From Leucoraja ocellata (Eukaryota): a DNA stretch of 64,000 nt. A program made the position numbers and the translations under genes. The notes beneath the pieces are model-generated. The model was not told the DNA's origin, ran no database searches, and worked only from the letters and a program-made list of their open reading frames with translations. The stretch spans positions 1,860,001-1,924,000 of the forward strand of contig JAWMAR010000306.1 in NCBI GenBank assembly GCA_036785375.1. Reading direction: 5' to 3'. Shown in pieces: positions 48,941 through 63,945 of this stretch (the first letter of the stretch is position 1; each line of letters starts with the position of its first letter).

Positions 48941-50274
48941 CAATTAAATTTAAAAAAGCAACAAAAGCCAGCATTGTGAAATTTGAGGCACTTTCTCCAT
49001 TTCCATTTACCATATGTTACACAGAAAAAACAGCACAAAAAGTGGTCATTTATTGTGGCCTGGATTTTACTCTTTCATAGTTTTTAACCAATAGTTTTAA
49101 AACCTGAACATTTTGATTCCATTTGTTGAATATTAAGCATCAGAGTAATTTATCAATTTATCAAGTTATTTGGCCTTCCATCACAGCTATGTGATGGATG
49201 TTTATGTTAAATGTAATTATGTTGTGTCTGGGGTCTATTTGTGTGTAATGTATGGCTGCAGAAACGGCATTTCGTTTGGACCTCCAGGGGTCCAAATGAC
49301 AATTAAATTGACTCTTGACTCTCTCTTATCATTAGGTTTCTCCGTACATTTTATTAAATTGTTCTGCGATTTTTAACCCCTTTTTGAGATTGCTTTCATT
49401 TGCTTTTTCTATTATTGATGCATTAGATATTTTTTTTTTGTAATAGTGTTTATAGTCCATACAATTCTTTTCCTTTTCTATCCACCTCATTTTAGCCATT
49501 AAGCATGCTTTTACTGTGCTGCTCAGTCTTCAGTTTATTTTATTTTGAAAGCCGTATGTGTGGTAGTGAATTTTGAACCACTTTCTGAGTAAAGAAATCT
49601 TATTTCCATACAAAATTATTAGAAACTGCCATTAGTCGGACTCTTTCCTTTCACATCAATCCTTTCAAAGTGTCTCATCGTTCAGGTCCCATCTCCAAAG
49701 GTAGAAGGCCCTGTTCAATCCTTACAAGACACAGGGTCTTGGGACCTGGAGATTAACGTTTCTGTTTCCACAGATGCAGCCTGACCTGTGAGTGTTTCGG
49801 TTTTTGATTGTGATAGTTTTACTCTCTCTGTTTGGGTATAGTTTGGCAAAATCCCTAAACTTCAATAGCTCGGTGTTTGGAATGAAGACAGCTTGATTTA
49901 TACACTGTCCTTAAGCTTACTAAATCATTTCATGGCTATACAGCATAACAATGAGCTATATATTAGGTCTGGGTACCAAATGTGGGGTCAAAGAGAGCTT
50001 TAAGGAACATCTTAAAAGAGATTGAGGGCTGAGAGCTCCAGAGCTGAAGACAAAGCTTTCAATACTGGAGTGATTAAAATCAGGAAAGTGACCAGACATC
50101 TTGTGCACTGCAGGACTAGGTTAGAGATAGGGAGGATGAGTTTGTGGGAGGATTTGAAAAAGGGGGTCAACATTTTAAAATTGCGATGCTACTAATTGGG
50201 AATCCACACAAAGCACAGAGGAAGACCTGCTGCCGGTTGGGATTGTCAGTAGATTTATGCAGACAGGCACAAAC

Positions 50275-50372
50275 CTTGTATTCTTGGCTCTTTGCTGGGA
50301 ATAATTTCAAGGCATCACTGTACATCTTTTGGTCCTTTACCAAGTTTAGTAGCTCAGTGAAATGTTGACAAC
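50275..50372 (-). CDS. ELP1: ELP1 exon 27 equivalent
   Basis: 98 nt; CQHFTELLNLVKDQKMYSDALKLFPAKSQEYK; donor gtttgt. Confidence 0.93.
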
Positions 50373-51427
50373 CTGGAAGAAACCGACAACATATTAGTGG
50401 AGCAATAGTGCGCTCTACAACATCACATGAAACACACCAATGAGAATTATAGTGTGGGCTATGTTACTGATGTGATATCTTCCACACTAGATGTGTAAAA
50501 GACAGTACAAAGTGTTCCAATGGGGATGGCAGATAAATGGAATGCAATATTAGCAAATCCGACAGCATGCAAGTTCAAATAACTTCAATCATCATTCATG
50601 TACTTCACAATACGTTTGATCTAGCATTGCACAGTAAATACAAAATACAGCTACTCTGATTGCTCTGTCTGTACTGCAGAGGCGTCCAAGAGAATGCATC
50701 TTGATGAGCATTACATCGGGAGAGAAATCTATCTTTAGTTGTCCACACTAAATGTGTGCCATGATATCAGGTTGTACTCATTGCACACATTTCAATCCTG
50801 TGAAAGTCAGCAGGACCAATATGTGGGAGATGTGCAGCATCGAAGGCTGAGAATCTGTTTAGTGTTATTGACCAACGACATCCCCTCTCTTAAAGATAAA
50901 ATTATTGATCCGAATAGGATATTGCGTATGATAAACCTGTAGCTTTCATATCCAAATTCAGTATTCCAGAAAAGTATACTGTTGGGTGTTTTATTTAAAT
51001 GAAAACAAAATCACATCATCTCATCTCTTTCAAAATGAGCATCACACATCATAAAAATCAACCTTTTTTCCATCCTTACAAAAATGACCTCAAACCAGAC
51101 ATCTTTCCTCTCCGGTCAAGAAGAGCCTAAAGGGTCCCAATCCGAAACATCACCTATCCATGTTCTCCAGAGATGCTCCATGGCCCATTGTGTTACTCCA
51201 GCACTTTGTTTTTTCTTTTGTAAACCAGCATCTGCAGTTCATTGTATCTCCTTTAACATCCAGAAAGCTAAAATACCATCTTCGCCCTCTCAACTTATCT
51301 GAAATCTTTTTATGGGTACAGGCACCATCACCCTCATTACCTAGCTGGGTGAGTCCACTTTCTCCTGTTTCCATTCTTATCAAGTGGCCAGTGTCAGTTA
51401 GGCTTTTATCCAGGAATCCCTTCTTAG

Positions 51428-51682
51428 TTTCAGTTTTGTTTAGGGACGGAGTGTGGGAACAGGCCCTTTGGCCCACCGAGTCCACTCCGGCCAACAATCA
51501 CCCATACACTAGTTCTACCGACACATTAGGGACAATTTACAGAAGCCAATTAACCTAGAAACCCGTATGTCTTTGGAATGTGGGGGGAAACCAGAGTACC
51601 TGGAGAAAACTCACGTTGTCACAGGGACAACGGACAAACTCCATGCAGACAGCACCCATAGTCAGGATCAAACCCAGGTCGC
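51428..51682 (-). mobile_element. V-SINE (HE1-like)
   Basis: Reverse-strand copy of the family at 26405-26706. Confidence 0.8.
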
Positions 51683-52378
51683 TCAACTCAAAAGTTAAAT
51701 CACTAGTAAATACCCTAAACAGTGAAGACCCTGAGCCCTGGACTACACTCTCTAATGACAGCCTTTCAATTACTTTTATGACGATCATTAAAACTTACTT
51801 TGACTTTGCCCAACTATCTCCTTACATTACTTGGCATGCAAATGTGTCGTCACTGAGACAACACAGAATGTAAATCAGGACCAGTTGCCAATACAATTCC
51901 ACACAGCATCACATATTAACCGTCTTGAAAATTATTCATAATATTTGCAAGCATGCCACAGATTTGAACTTGTGGAACTCATGAAACTGGTTACATACTT
52001 CTGTGGGGTGTAGGAAACAGGCTAGGATTTGTTAAGAACAACCTTGTGTAAGTTAAGTTCTTAAAGTAGATGCCAGAACTGGAGGGGCACAGAGGTCACA
52101 TTTCAAAAGAAGGAACTATTAATCTCAAAAGTAGAATTTCAAATAATTTCCACGCAAATCCAAACCTGGTTATCTCTTCAAGGCTTTGCAAATCAATCCT
52201 CCCTTCCAGCTACACCATATGCACAAGCACATACACAAGCACATTCACAAGCATAGACATTACACTCAGATACATTCCTGGGAAATAAGTCAGAACACCA
52301 TGCTCCTTTTGTAATAACTTCTGAAATGAGCAGCTTATCCATCCATAAAATCCCAAGGAAATCTGAAACTGTACTTAC

Positions 52379-52502
52379 CACATTTACTAAGGTGCTCAAC
52401 AGCCTTTTTGTAACGCTTTAAATATTTGTCTATGGTGTATCTCTGGTAATTAGTCTCCATTTTCTTTAATTTGTTCAAAAATGGTAAATATTCCTTTGGA
52501 TC
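52379..52502 (-). CDS. ELP1: ELP1 exon 26 equivalent
   Basis: 124 nt; [41 protein letters not shown]. Confidence 0.97.
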
Positions 52503-52955
52503 CTAAAACAATAAAAGTGATAATTGCACTAAGATAAACCAGAACGTGCTTGAGATCACAACTTCAAAACCCAATCGCACTTGATGCTAATGTAAGTTTT
52601 CTTTTAATCAACCATTCTCTGACTGCATTTCCTCCATGCTCTTTATCATTATTTCAAGTCGAGGAATCAGTCAATATCAAAAGATCTCCTCTTAGAGGAA
52701 GTGGGAAGATAATCATGCCTGTCGTTTTTAGCAAAGGAACTATGTTTTTACTAAAAACTGTTCAACTACTTGATACGGGCAATTTCCATAAACACATCTA
52801 CAATTTATGCAATTTTAGCTTTATTTGTAAATATTATTTCATTCAGTTTTGCCTTCTTTTCTATTTCTTTGATCATTGCTTGCACTTTGCTCTTGAACAA
52901 CTAGCAAAGGATGATAACGCTTACTTTAAAAATATAAATTAAGAACATTTCAAAC

Positions 52956-53104
52956 CTTTTGTGATTTTTCTGCTACCATCATCACTAGATCAAAGTCATA
53001 TGTACCCACTGCATGGTCATAAAGTTGGTTAATGTCCACTAGGAAGAGGAGATACTTCAGGGCATCCTCAGCACTGACTGCCTCAGGATCACTTGGTGGA
53101 TTCA
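52956..53104 (-). CDS. ELP1: ELP1 exon 25 equivalent
   Basis: 149 nt; [49 protein letters not shown]. Confidence 0.97.
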
Positions 53105-54032
53105 CTGCAATTTAAATGAATTAAAATGGTTGCAAGAAGGAACAGTGTATTAATATTGATCCCTCTGGCACACCTCATCATCTGTTAAGAATATGCATAA
53201 TCCATATCCATATGCATATCCATATATGCATAACTATATCCTTAATATGCATTTAGTAAAGTATATGATGGCCTTTTGTCCTGGCTCTAACTGCGTATGT
53301 ACAAGAGTGAGATAATCTCTCTCTGAAGAAAGAGAAAATGGAATTCCAACAATCCTATTATAGGCTTACCACAAGTATCAATATAAACTGGAATTAACAA
53401 AACCAATGGGGAATGTAGTGAAAAAAAATGTTTATGCAAAGAATAGTCATACATGAAACGATAAAAGTTTCTCAGCTGTTTAACTTGGAGATATTTATGG
53501 GGAAATTGGATGAGCACGAAGGATGGAGGGATGACAACTGGGTGAGTGAAACTGCTGAAGTGGACTGCGGATATCAGGACACATTGGGATGGAATGATCA
53601 GCTTCTGTACATTCCATGTGTTTATGCTGTGCAGAATTAAGAGTAATAAGTGTTAAAAGTTACTTTATTACCAACTCACAGAGATATTTTCCGCAAGTAT
53701 ATCTTCCAGTGCTGGTTAGCTATTTGGGAGGGTTAAATGCATATTTTATCAGCACATTTTACACACTTTCTGGATAAATTATCCCTTTTTTATTGCAACT
53801 CTGGTCATGTTCTCCTTCCTAGCACTTCAAAGGATCGTTTTTATATAAAAAGAAAGCTGTACTACAAAGAAAGAGAAAAGGTATTTCAGGACATAGGGAA
53901 CGTCAGTTCCCCTGATGCTATTCCCATGTGAATGACAGTGCTCTTTCTGTTTCTGATTTAAATGGATTGACATCATCCAGTTTGGTGATATTATCAAATC
54001 AGATTGCAATAATTCTGAGACATATATATTAC

Positions 54033-54118
54033 CTCTGAGATCATGGACCTTCTGAAGAGCAGTTTCCAATTCTGGAGTAGTTTTTCGTACATGGCAAGTC
54101 AGTATAGATAAACCATAC
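54033..54118 (-). CDS. ELP1: ELP1 exon 24 equivalent
   Basis: 86 nt; [28 protein letters not shown]. Confidence 0.95.
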
Positions 54119-54790
54119 CTGCGTAAAATAATAGTGTGATTGATGAGTAAATATATTTTCTTTCTTTGAGAACAAAATTCTTTTTGAAGATGTGGTAATT
54201 TTAAGTAATGAAAAAAGATGTGGAAATGTGGATAACCTGTGGAAATTAAAATGTATCATCTTGTGGGTTTAATCATACTAATATCTGGTGCTACACCACA
54301 GACAAATATCAAAAACAAAATGCAGTTGCTGGAAATGAGAGAAAAACAGAAAGTGCCATTTACACTTAGCAGGACGGGCAGTAACAGAACAGGTCGTTTT
54401 GAGGATCCCAGATCTGAAATGTTAACCGTTTCCTTTGTTCTCTCTGTCCACAGATGTTGCGTAGACATCTGAGTGTTTCCAGCAGCTCAATAGATGGAAG
54501 TTTCCTCTCAGGAGCAAGATGAACATTGGTTCAAGGGGCAAGAACACAATCCAGACTCATGCTTCAGTGCACTGTCGAAGGTGCTGCTTTCTGAAATGCA
54601 CATTGAAAAATTCCACACCAAATTTTTTGCAGACTAGCAAGGAAGTTGTACCATGTGTCTGAGCTAATGTTTATCCCTTAATCAGCTAAAAGAGTGGTCT
54701 GTTGGGTGTTTGCTGTGTGTTCATTTACTGCAGCATTTGCTGCATCACAATGGTGACTATACTCAGAAGCACCATGGAATTCTCCCTTAC

Positions 54791-54922
54791 TTGTGAGGGT
54801 TTATTCTCTCCATGGTAGTTCGCAATGCATCACAGATTGTGTCCACTTTATTGGCCGTTTCAGGTACAGAGGTTGTTGAGTTTGGGCCATATGGATACAT
54901 CGTTTTTGTGACATCTTCTTCT
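54791..54922 (-). CDS. ELP1: ELP1 exon 23 equivalent
   Basis: 132 nt; EEDVTKTMYP...NKVDTICDALRTTMERINPH. Confidence 0.95.
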
Positions 54923-55584
54923 CTGGAAAAGAGAACGGGTGCACATACACCAACAAACCATCATCAGGTTTGAAGATAATCTGAAGTTGATATAGATTTT
55001 GAAAAAGAAAAATTGATTTGCACTTAAATAACATCCAGATGGAACAAACAAAATAATTGTGGAAGTGAACTACTTGAAGTGTTCTCTTACGAAATCAAGA
55101 TATGTCAAGCATCATGGGACACATCTTGGCCCAGGAAAAATGTGGATTGGCTGAGGAGAGCAATAAGAGAAGTAGTTATATGACAATAGGATCATGCATG
55201 GGAAATATTTGGGAGTTATGGTGGGGCTGTGGTGCAGTGTAATCAATGGCCAACAACAGCAGCATTTTCATTATGAAACTATAAGAACCCTTAAGTTCTG
55301 CCACTTCTGATAAGGTTATATTTAAAGTCTGCAATTAACAGTCAATATTTCTGACAATATAATTTGACTGCTGATGCATTATACGTCATATCTGGCCATA
55401 ACATTTGTGTTGACATCCCTAGAACTGTTAGAGGTACAGTCTTTTAAATGAGACTATTAACTAAGAGTATTGTTATTTATTTGAAGTTATCTCCAGGGTT
55501 CCATACCAATATCTATTCTGTAATATCACATACAAAATGTATTTAGTTTATCACATAAATGACTATGTTTAAAAGACAACTTAC

Positions 55585-55664
55585 TTTAATTCAGTCAGAA
55601 ACAAGTTGATAGAATTTATGGAAGTGATCTGTTTCAGGAAGTTCTCCACATTTTCTAAAAAGAC
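55585..55664 (-). CDS. ELP1: ELP1 exon 22 equivalent
   Basis: 80 nt; VFLENVENFLKQITSINSINLFLTEL. Confidence 0.95.
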
Positions 55665-56106
55665 CTGAAGTTAACAGATTTGTTCGTAAACATAGACTGA
55701 AGCGACAAATAAAGCAATCTGAAGCAAACTCGCAAACAATGTACAGCACATCTAAATCTTTAGGTAAATCTTTATGTAAATTCTTTATGTAAATCAGTTG
55801 TGGAACAAAGTGGTGCACTTAAATGTGGCTCTCCAGCATGAACTAACATACAATGAACTGGTTCCTACTTTCACATTATGAAAATGGTTGATTGCGATAG
55901 AATCCACACAGCAAGTCTTAAACTAATCAATGATTCACATGTGGCGGTTAAGTAACACTTACATCATTTCTTTCAGAGCGAAAAAAGTGTAATTGCGTTT
56001 AACAGCTGAAAACTAATATTTTGAGAGTCACGGAACCAAATCAGTAGAAGACATACGATTAAGGTCAACCCAATGGAAAATCAAAAATTTGACGTTGCTT
56101 TATTTA

Positions 56107-57258
<1,152 letters not shown>

Positions 57259-57823
57259 TTACTGTATTAAAACAGTGAAACCTGCAAAATCTGGATAGTG
57301 CCAAAACCAAGAAACCTATAAAGAACAAATTAATTGAAAATGCAAATAATACCTGTGCTACCTACAAATGATTTATCCGATACTCGTTCTCCATAGCTCT
57401 GCACATTTCCCAGCTCAAATAGCAGTTAATTTTTTGCACAGTTATTAATTGCTGCCCCGTTCCCTTCATGAGGTGCGTTTCAGATCATAATAAATTCATC
57501 TCTGCTGACTTTTCAGTCAATTATCTTAAAACATGTCATCTGGATAACGACCTTTGTGCAAATGGAAACATCATAACTGACTAGAGCATTTAATAAAGGT
57601 GATAACCATTTTTAAACATTATTCTAACCATAAAACAATTCAACACACTAGCCTGTTTGGGTGATTCAAAATGCTTCAAAATGTTCATCACCTCTATTAA
57701 ATTATTCTTAAACATCCAGACGCTGAAGGTACCAATTCCATTTTCTGAGAAGATCTATAAGTAGCAATGGTAGTGTCCAAAAATATCTTTCAACTCAGTA
57801 ATGACTTTTGTTGGTGTACAAAC

Positions 57824-57897
57824 CTGTCCAGGTATTTTCTGAGCTGGGCAAGTATTAACGCTCTGTGGTGAATAACTTCCAGATTTCCTCGTGGCAT
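57824..57897 (-). CDS. ELP1: ELP1 exon 20 equivalent (familial dysautonomia exon)
   Basis: 74 nt; [24 protein letters not shown]; donor CAG|GTTTGT. Confidence 0.96.
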
Positions 57898-58083
57898 CTG
57901 CAGTGAATGGAAACGCATAATTTATTCTAAATAATAATCCAAACCCACCAAGATCTCTGCACTTTGAATTTTGGTTCATTGTCAATTATTATTTAGCCAC
58001 CATTGGCATTGTTCCTTCTGCAGACTGTGCCATAGTCACTGAAGAGATTCCTTCCTACTCATTCTCACAGTCCCACTGCTAAC

Positions 58084-58199
58084 CTGTAGAACCAGTTTGG
58101 CATCCTGGGGTACCACAGTCACTATACGAGATCCTCTCTCCACTCTTCGTACTGTTTCATCATTTGGCTGGGAGTCGGTACTTGAAAGATTCAGCAAAG
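58084..58199 (-). CDS. ELP1: ELP1 exon 19 equivalent
   Basis: 116 nt; ...ETVRRVERGSRIVTVVPQDAKLVLQ. Confidence 0.96.
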
Positions 58200-59248
58200 C
58201 TGTTTGTAAAAAAAGTAAATTCCATCAGTAGATCATAAAACATTTAAAATATAATTTAAATAGCCAACAGAGGGGTGGAAATACAACAAACATCCACAAA
58301 TTCATGAATAAGGGGTGCTTAGCAATTGTGCTTAACATAAACACAGTCAAGTAGCTAGGTGACATTTTCTCAGGTAATTTTAAATATATTTATGAAGTTA
58401 AGTTTATGAAGTTAAGTTATGCATGACTATCCCATAGGCACTATTTTAGTGGGCATATTGAGATGATTTAACCCATTCTTAATTAACTTTGCCATATAAC
58501 ACCTTCGCCACCGTCTCTGAATGTTATGTTCACAATCCATAGATTGTATTTGACTGTAACTCTCCCAACACAATAACAATCTGCTTCTAATCGCAGATGA
58601 TCGCATATTTCTACCTTCTCCTCAGCTTGTCGGCCGATTAAACCTTCATATTTTCCTCGGTCACCCTTAATTTATATTATTTCAACCCTCTGCGGTATGA
58701 TCACTTAAACTCAAAACTGGTAAAGCTCAGCTCCAGTCATCGCCTAGTTAATTTTAACATTGGTGGCATTGACAGGATCACTCCAGCTATCCATTTCATC
58801 TTTTAGGAGATAACTTTAAAAAATATGAATGACTTATTTTTCAGGCAGTGTTTAAATCTATTTATGATTCCACATCTCTCCAAATTCTTTCAGATTTGTA
58901 ACTGACCCAGCTTCTTGCACATTATCTACCTATTGGAGGCCATTAGTTCATTCATTTGGTCAATTGTCAAATTTGCTCCACCGTAGCCCTCTCTTTTAAG
59001 AATCTCCTTGAAACCTGCCCTATGGACTCAGTTTTTGTATCAGTCCAAGGCCCAATGTCAATCTTTTTTCCCTCAATTACATTCAATTTTTTTCTTGCCA
59101 AAAGACATAATATAAACCTCAGCCACTATTTGCATAGATTTGCCTAATCAAAGGAAGCCCACAGGTTTATTTTTCTCCTTTGTAACAAACAACATTACTT
59201 CAAGAAGTCCCAGATACACACGGTTCTGTGGATAATTTATAAACTCAC

Positions 59249-59354
59249 CTTTTAATGAAGTAGTCCTAAGATTGAGACAGCGACAAGTGTGTGAATGGGT
59301 TGTGAATAGCAGGAACTCATCATACACTATAAATGAAGTAACGTTGGAGGCTAT
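59249..59354 (-). CDS. ELP1: ELP1 exon 18 equivalent
   Basis: 106 nt; IASNVTSFIVYDEFLLFTTHSHTCRCLNLR. Confidence 0.96.
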
Positions 59355-59453
59355 CTGTTCAGAAGAGAAACACCCCACAATAAAATTAACAGCATTTGCT
59401 TACTTCAATGTACAAAGAAAATAATTACTTTGAAAAGACACTGAAATTCTTAC

Positions 59454-59507
59454 CTCAGACACATTAATAAAAAATCGAAATCTTTCTGTCAGACCCAATA
59501 CCATTTC
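59454..59507 (-). CDS. ELP1: ELP1 exon 17 equivalent
   Basis: 54 nt; EMVLGLTERFRFFINVSE. Confidence 0.94.
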
Positions 59508-59789
59508 CTGGAGGAAGCAAATGATTACACTGTTACCCAGCAAATGCCTCCACTGGTTCATGAAATTAGCTCACATAAAAAGTGTTTTGCCCTAACGTTA
59601 CCTGATTTTGGATAGCAATTGGACCACTGCAGCTGGGCAGCAGAATGGACAACTGGAATATGGGGGAGTTGATGGGAAAGTAGGGAGAGGAAAATAGGAT
59701 TTGTACAGGACTGGTGTGAATCACAATTTAAAGGTGGTGCAGATTGTGAGGATTGAAGTTTCCATTTGGGTGCTGCACGACATTACTCT

Positions 59790-60080
59790 AGGGTGGCACA
59801 GTGGTAGAGCTGCTACCTTACAGTGCCAGAGATCCAGGTTCTATTCTGACTTTGGGTGCCTGTATGGTTTGTACGTTCTCACTGTGACCACGTGTGTTTT
59901 CACCGGTGCTCCGGTTTCCTCCCACCCGCCAAAGACGTACAGGTCTGTAGGTTAATTGGGTTCAGTAACATGTCCCTAGTCTGTGAAGCATAGCGTCAGT
60001 GTACGGGGTGATCATTAGTCGGTGTGGACTCGGTGGGCGAAGGGCCTGTTTATGCACTATATCTCTAAAGTAAAGTAAAC
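59790..60080 (+). mobile_element. V-SINE (HE1-like)
   Basis: GGTGGCACAGTGGTAGAGC head, V-domain, tail ending (TAAAG)n. Confidence 0.82.
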
Positions 60081-60308
60081 ATTAAAGTCTTTGAAAAGGT
60101 AAATTGACAAAGGTTCTGCTCTATCGAGGTTGTCAAACCTATCTGAGTAGATGCCTAGGTGGTGCTAGATCAGATCTGACACTTGATATTCAGGCATCAC
60201 GAATGCCCTTCAGCACAGGACTATAAATTGCATCTAGTGTCAATGGTCTGCACTTCAGCAGGAGGAGAGAGGACAGCAAAACAGGGCAAAATGGATGAAC
60301 TTGCTTAC

Positions 60309-60418
60309 CTCTCCTTCAATAGCACACAAAGCTATCTGAACACAAGGCTGAGAAAATTGTACTAAGCATCCATCAGCTGACCTCCATGGTTGGACACATG
60401 GCTCAGTGGACTCAGTAT
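60309..60418 (-). CDS. ELP1: ELP1 exon 16 equivalent
   Basis: 110 nt; TESTEPCVQPWRSADGCLVQFSQPCVQIALCAIEGE; donor gtaagc. Confidence 0.9.
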
Positions 60419-61554
60419 CTGAAACAAGACATTGAAATTTGATTAAACAACCTCAGGAATTTTCACAGTTCCTTTAATTCCTAAAGCATTACAAATCACG
60501 CAATGACATGTTAGGAGAGTGAACGAAAATCTTTGTCAGAAACTAAAGGTTTACGCGGAACAACATAGAATATAGAAAAGTACAGCAGGGGAACAGGCCA
60601 TTTGGTCCACAATGTGTGTGCTGAACATGATACCAAGATAAACTAGACTCATCTGCCTGCACATGATCCATATGTCTCCATTCCCTGCATATCTATGTGC
60701 CTAACTGAAAGCCTTTTGAACACCATTATTGTGTCTGCCTCCACCACTACCCCTGGCAGTGTGATCCAGGCACCCTGTGTTTTTTTTACCCTCTGTCAAA
60801 AAACTTGTCTTGCACATCTCCCTTAAAGAAGGGTATCAACCTTCTGTCTGTCTGACCCACTGAGTTACTCCAGCTTTTTGTGTCCATCTTCCTTTAAACT
60901 TTGTGTGTAGGAAAGAACTGCAGATGTACAAAGTGCGTGTGAGGTGTCTTGGACATAGATAGGGAGGGATTGGACCGGGGGTGGGGGGGGGGGGGGGGGG
61001 TGGTAGGATGGAGTCGAGGTATGTGGAAATCAATTCGGTGGGATATAAACAATAGGTCTGCCAGGATTGTGGATTGATGAAGAGTGTGTGAGGTTTCGAC
61101 CCGAAAAGTCATCCATTCCTTGCTGCCTGTCCTGCTGAGTTACTCCAGCATTTTGTGTCTACCTTCCTTTAAACTTTGATCCTTTCACCTAAAAGATATG
61201 CTCTTTTACTTTGAAATTTAGGTAAGTCGAAAAGAGAAGTGGAGATTTAGGGAGAAAATTCAATGTATGCGCTCAAAATTATCATCTTGCTCAAATGTTT
61301 CTGAATTTCTTCGTCATATGAAAACATTCTCCCTGTGTGTACTTTCAAAAACCATCCTCATTTTAAGAACCACAACCTGTCTGCCTTCTCTTTACAAGGC
61401 AAAAGAATCCCAGACGACTCATTATTTCATGAAAAGCTGATGTTTGAAAGCTAAGGATGGAGTGTCCCACCCTGTGGAAACCATAAGGAGATGTTTACGG
61501 TTGATCTCTCCTTGGGATTATTTTTCATTGCAAAATCAATAGTTAAAAAGTTCA

Positions 61555-61965
61555 TGTCATAGGAGCAGGATTAAACCATTCAATCATGGTTGATCTATCT
61601 TTCCCTCTGAACCTCATTCTCCTGCCTTCTCCCCGATATCTTTGACACTCTTACAAGAACTTGTCAATCTCCGCTTTAAAAACACCCAATGGTTTGTCCT
61701 CCACCACTGTCTGTGCAATGAATTCTACAGATTTACCACACTCTGACTGAAGAAATGTATCTGCATCTTCTATCTAAAGGTATATCCTTTTATTCTGAGA
61801 CTGCGCCCTCTGGTCCTAGACTCTCCCACTAGCGGAAACATCCTCTGCACATCTACTGTATCCAGGCCTTTTACTATTCCGTAAGTTTCAATGAGGTGCC
61901 CCCTCATCCTTCTAAACTCCAGCAATAAAAACGCAGAGCCGTCAAACGCTCATCAGATGTTCACC
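61555..61965 (-). mobile_element. CR1 LINE 3' fragment
   Basis: Similar to the 3' part of 32137-33738. Confidence 0.75.
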
Positions 61966-62143
61966 CAATTCACCCTTGAGTCTAGGCCTTTGTGACAAAG
62001 CCACCACGTCTTTACACATATTCCTCTGCCCCCCCCCATCAGAACCCCCCCCCCATCAGAATGACACCTTCAAAGATATTGCTGCGGAATAATGAAAGCA
62101 TCAGTCAAGATCAATTTAAATGTTTGAGTAAGAATATACAAAC

Positions 62144-62250
62144 CCCACAGGTATCTTAGAATTTGTCCATTAGAGAGTTCCAAGGCAACAGTCTGTGTCT
62201 TATGGTTGTGGCACAAGTTGGTAATCTGTCTATCAACAGTTACAGGAGTC
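62144..62250 (-). CDS. ELP1: ELP1 exon 15 equivalent
   Basis: 107 nt; TPVTVDRQITNLCHNHKTQTVALELSNGQILRYLW; donor gtttgt. Confidence 0.92.
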
Positions 62251-62969
62251 CTGGAACAAATAAGAACCCAAAATGGTGAAAATAGTTATAACATACTGCC
62301 AAGTCATCTTCAAGTTCAAGATTAGAAACTAGAATTGTGCAAAACATGATTGCACAATAGCAGCTAAAACACAAACTAGTTAAAGCAACAATATACAAAC
62401 AGAGACACAAGGAACTCCAGTTGCTGGAATCATGTGCAAAAAAACCGCTGGAGGAATCAGTGGGTCAGGCAGCATATGGATTAAAATTGACATTTTGGGG
62501 TCAAGCCTTCATCTGTACTGAAAGTAGAGGGAATATAGAAATATAGCTACACACATCAACGGAAGGGTCATTTGTACACCTTCATTGACAAATTTTAGTA
62601 CTATTGATTTATTTAAGGGGCACAGATAAAGATTATTGCACAACATGGTAAACAGAGAAACATAGAAAATAGGTGCAGGAGTAGGCCATTCAGCCCTTCG
62701 AGCCAGCACCGCCATTCAATATGATCAGGGCTGATCATCCAACTCAGTAGCCTTCTCTCCATACCCCCTGATACCTTTAGCCACAAGGGCCACATCTAAC
62801 TCCCTCTTAAATATAGCCAGTGAACTGGCCTCAACTACCTTCTGTGGCAGAGAATTCCAGAGATTCACCACTCTATGTGTGAAAATAACTTGACATGAGG
62901 AAAACTAAATCTGTGTAGAAAATTAAGAGAACAATGGAAACCAAACAACTACAACTACAAACAAACAAC

Positions 62970-63395
62970 TACAAGCGCAGGTTTGGCGATCGCTTCGCCC
63001 AACACATCCGCACAGTCGCATTAACCAACCTGATCTCCCGGTGGCTCAACACTTCAACTCCCCCTCCCATTCCGAATCCGACCTTTCTGTTCTGGGCATC
63101 GTCCATGGCCAGAGTGAGTCCCACCACAAATTGGAGGAGCAGCACCTCATATTTCGCTTGGGTAGTTTACACCCCAGCGGTATGAACAGTGACTTCCCCA
63201 ATTTCAGGTAGTCCTTGCTTTCTCCCTTCTTCCCCTCCCCTTCCCAGCTCTCCCACAGCCCACTGTCTCCGCCTCTTCCTTTCTTCTTCCTACCCCCACA
63301 TCAGTCTGAAGAAGGGTCTCGACCCAAAACGTCACCAATTCCTTCGCTCCATAGATGCTGCCTCACCCGCTGAATTTCTCCAGCATTTTTGCCTA
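62970..63395 (+). mobile_element. Penelope-like element 3' end (GIY-YIG C-terminus plus terminal repeat)
   Basis: KRRFGDRFAQHIR / DLPVAQHFNSPSHS...KLEEQHLIFRLGSLHPSGMN, then CTGAAGAAGGGTCTCGACCCAAAACGTC and the family arm. Confidence 0.85.
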
Positions 63396-63768
63396 CAAAC
63401 AACTGCAATTACATTTTTATATACTATATTTTATTATATAATAATCACTGCATTTTTCAATGCCTACAAACAAATATCATTCCACTGCCCCTATCCTGAA
63501 ACTGAAACTTCTGTGAGCATTCATGTTGTTACCATGAAATGTAGAGGTGCAACCTGACTATCATCTTTCACGGGAGGGTCCTGATCCGAAACGTCACCTA
63601 TCCATGTTCTCCAGAGATAATGCCTGATGTCTACATCTCATAAAAAATGAGCTGCACGTATGATGTTCTGCTAAAATGTATGAACTCTAACCATGGAGAA
63701 TTCTGCTATGATTATTATTGATAATTGGACTTTTGATTTTTTTGTCAGGAGGGATTATGAGTTCTTAC

Positions 63769-63945
63769 CTGATTGATAGTTCTCCCTCCTGATTCTCATC
63801 CGATGTAGTTATCAGCTGACAGACAACAGATTGGGATGTGGTCAGACCTTGAAATACACCCAGAAATCTATTTTCCTTTACCCAGGTTATAAAACGTAGC
63901 TTCAAAGGCTTCAGTGAGTCACTTTTTTCTTCTTCAAAATTGATT
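63769..63945 (-). CDS. ELP1: ELP1 exon 14 equivalent; upstream exons lie outside the window
   Basis: gtcag|...|gtaaga; INFEEEKSDSLKPLKLRFITWVKENRFLGV. Confidence 0.88.
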
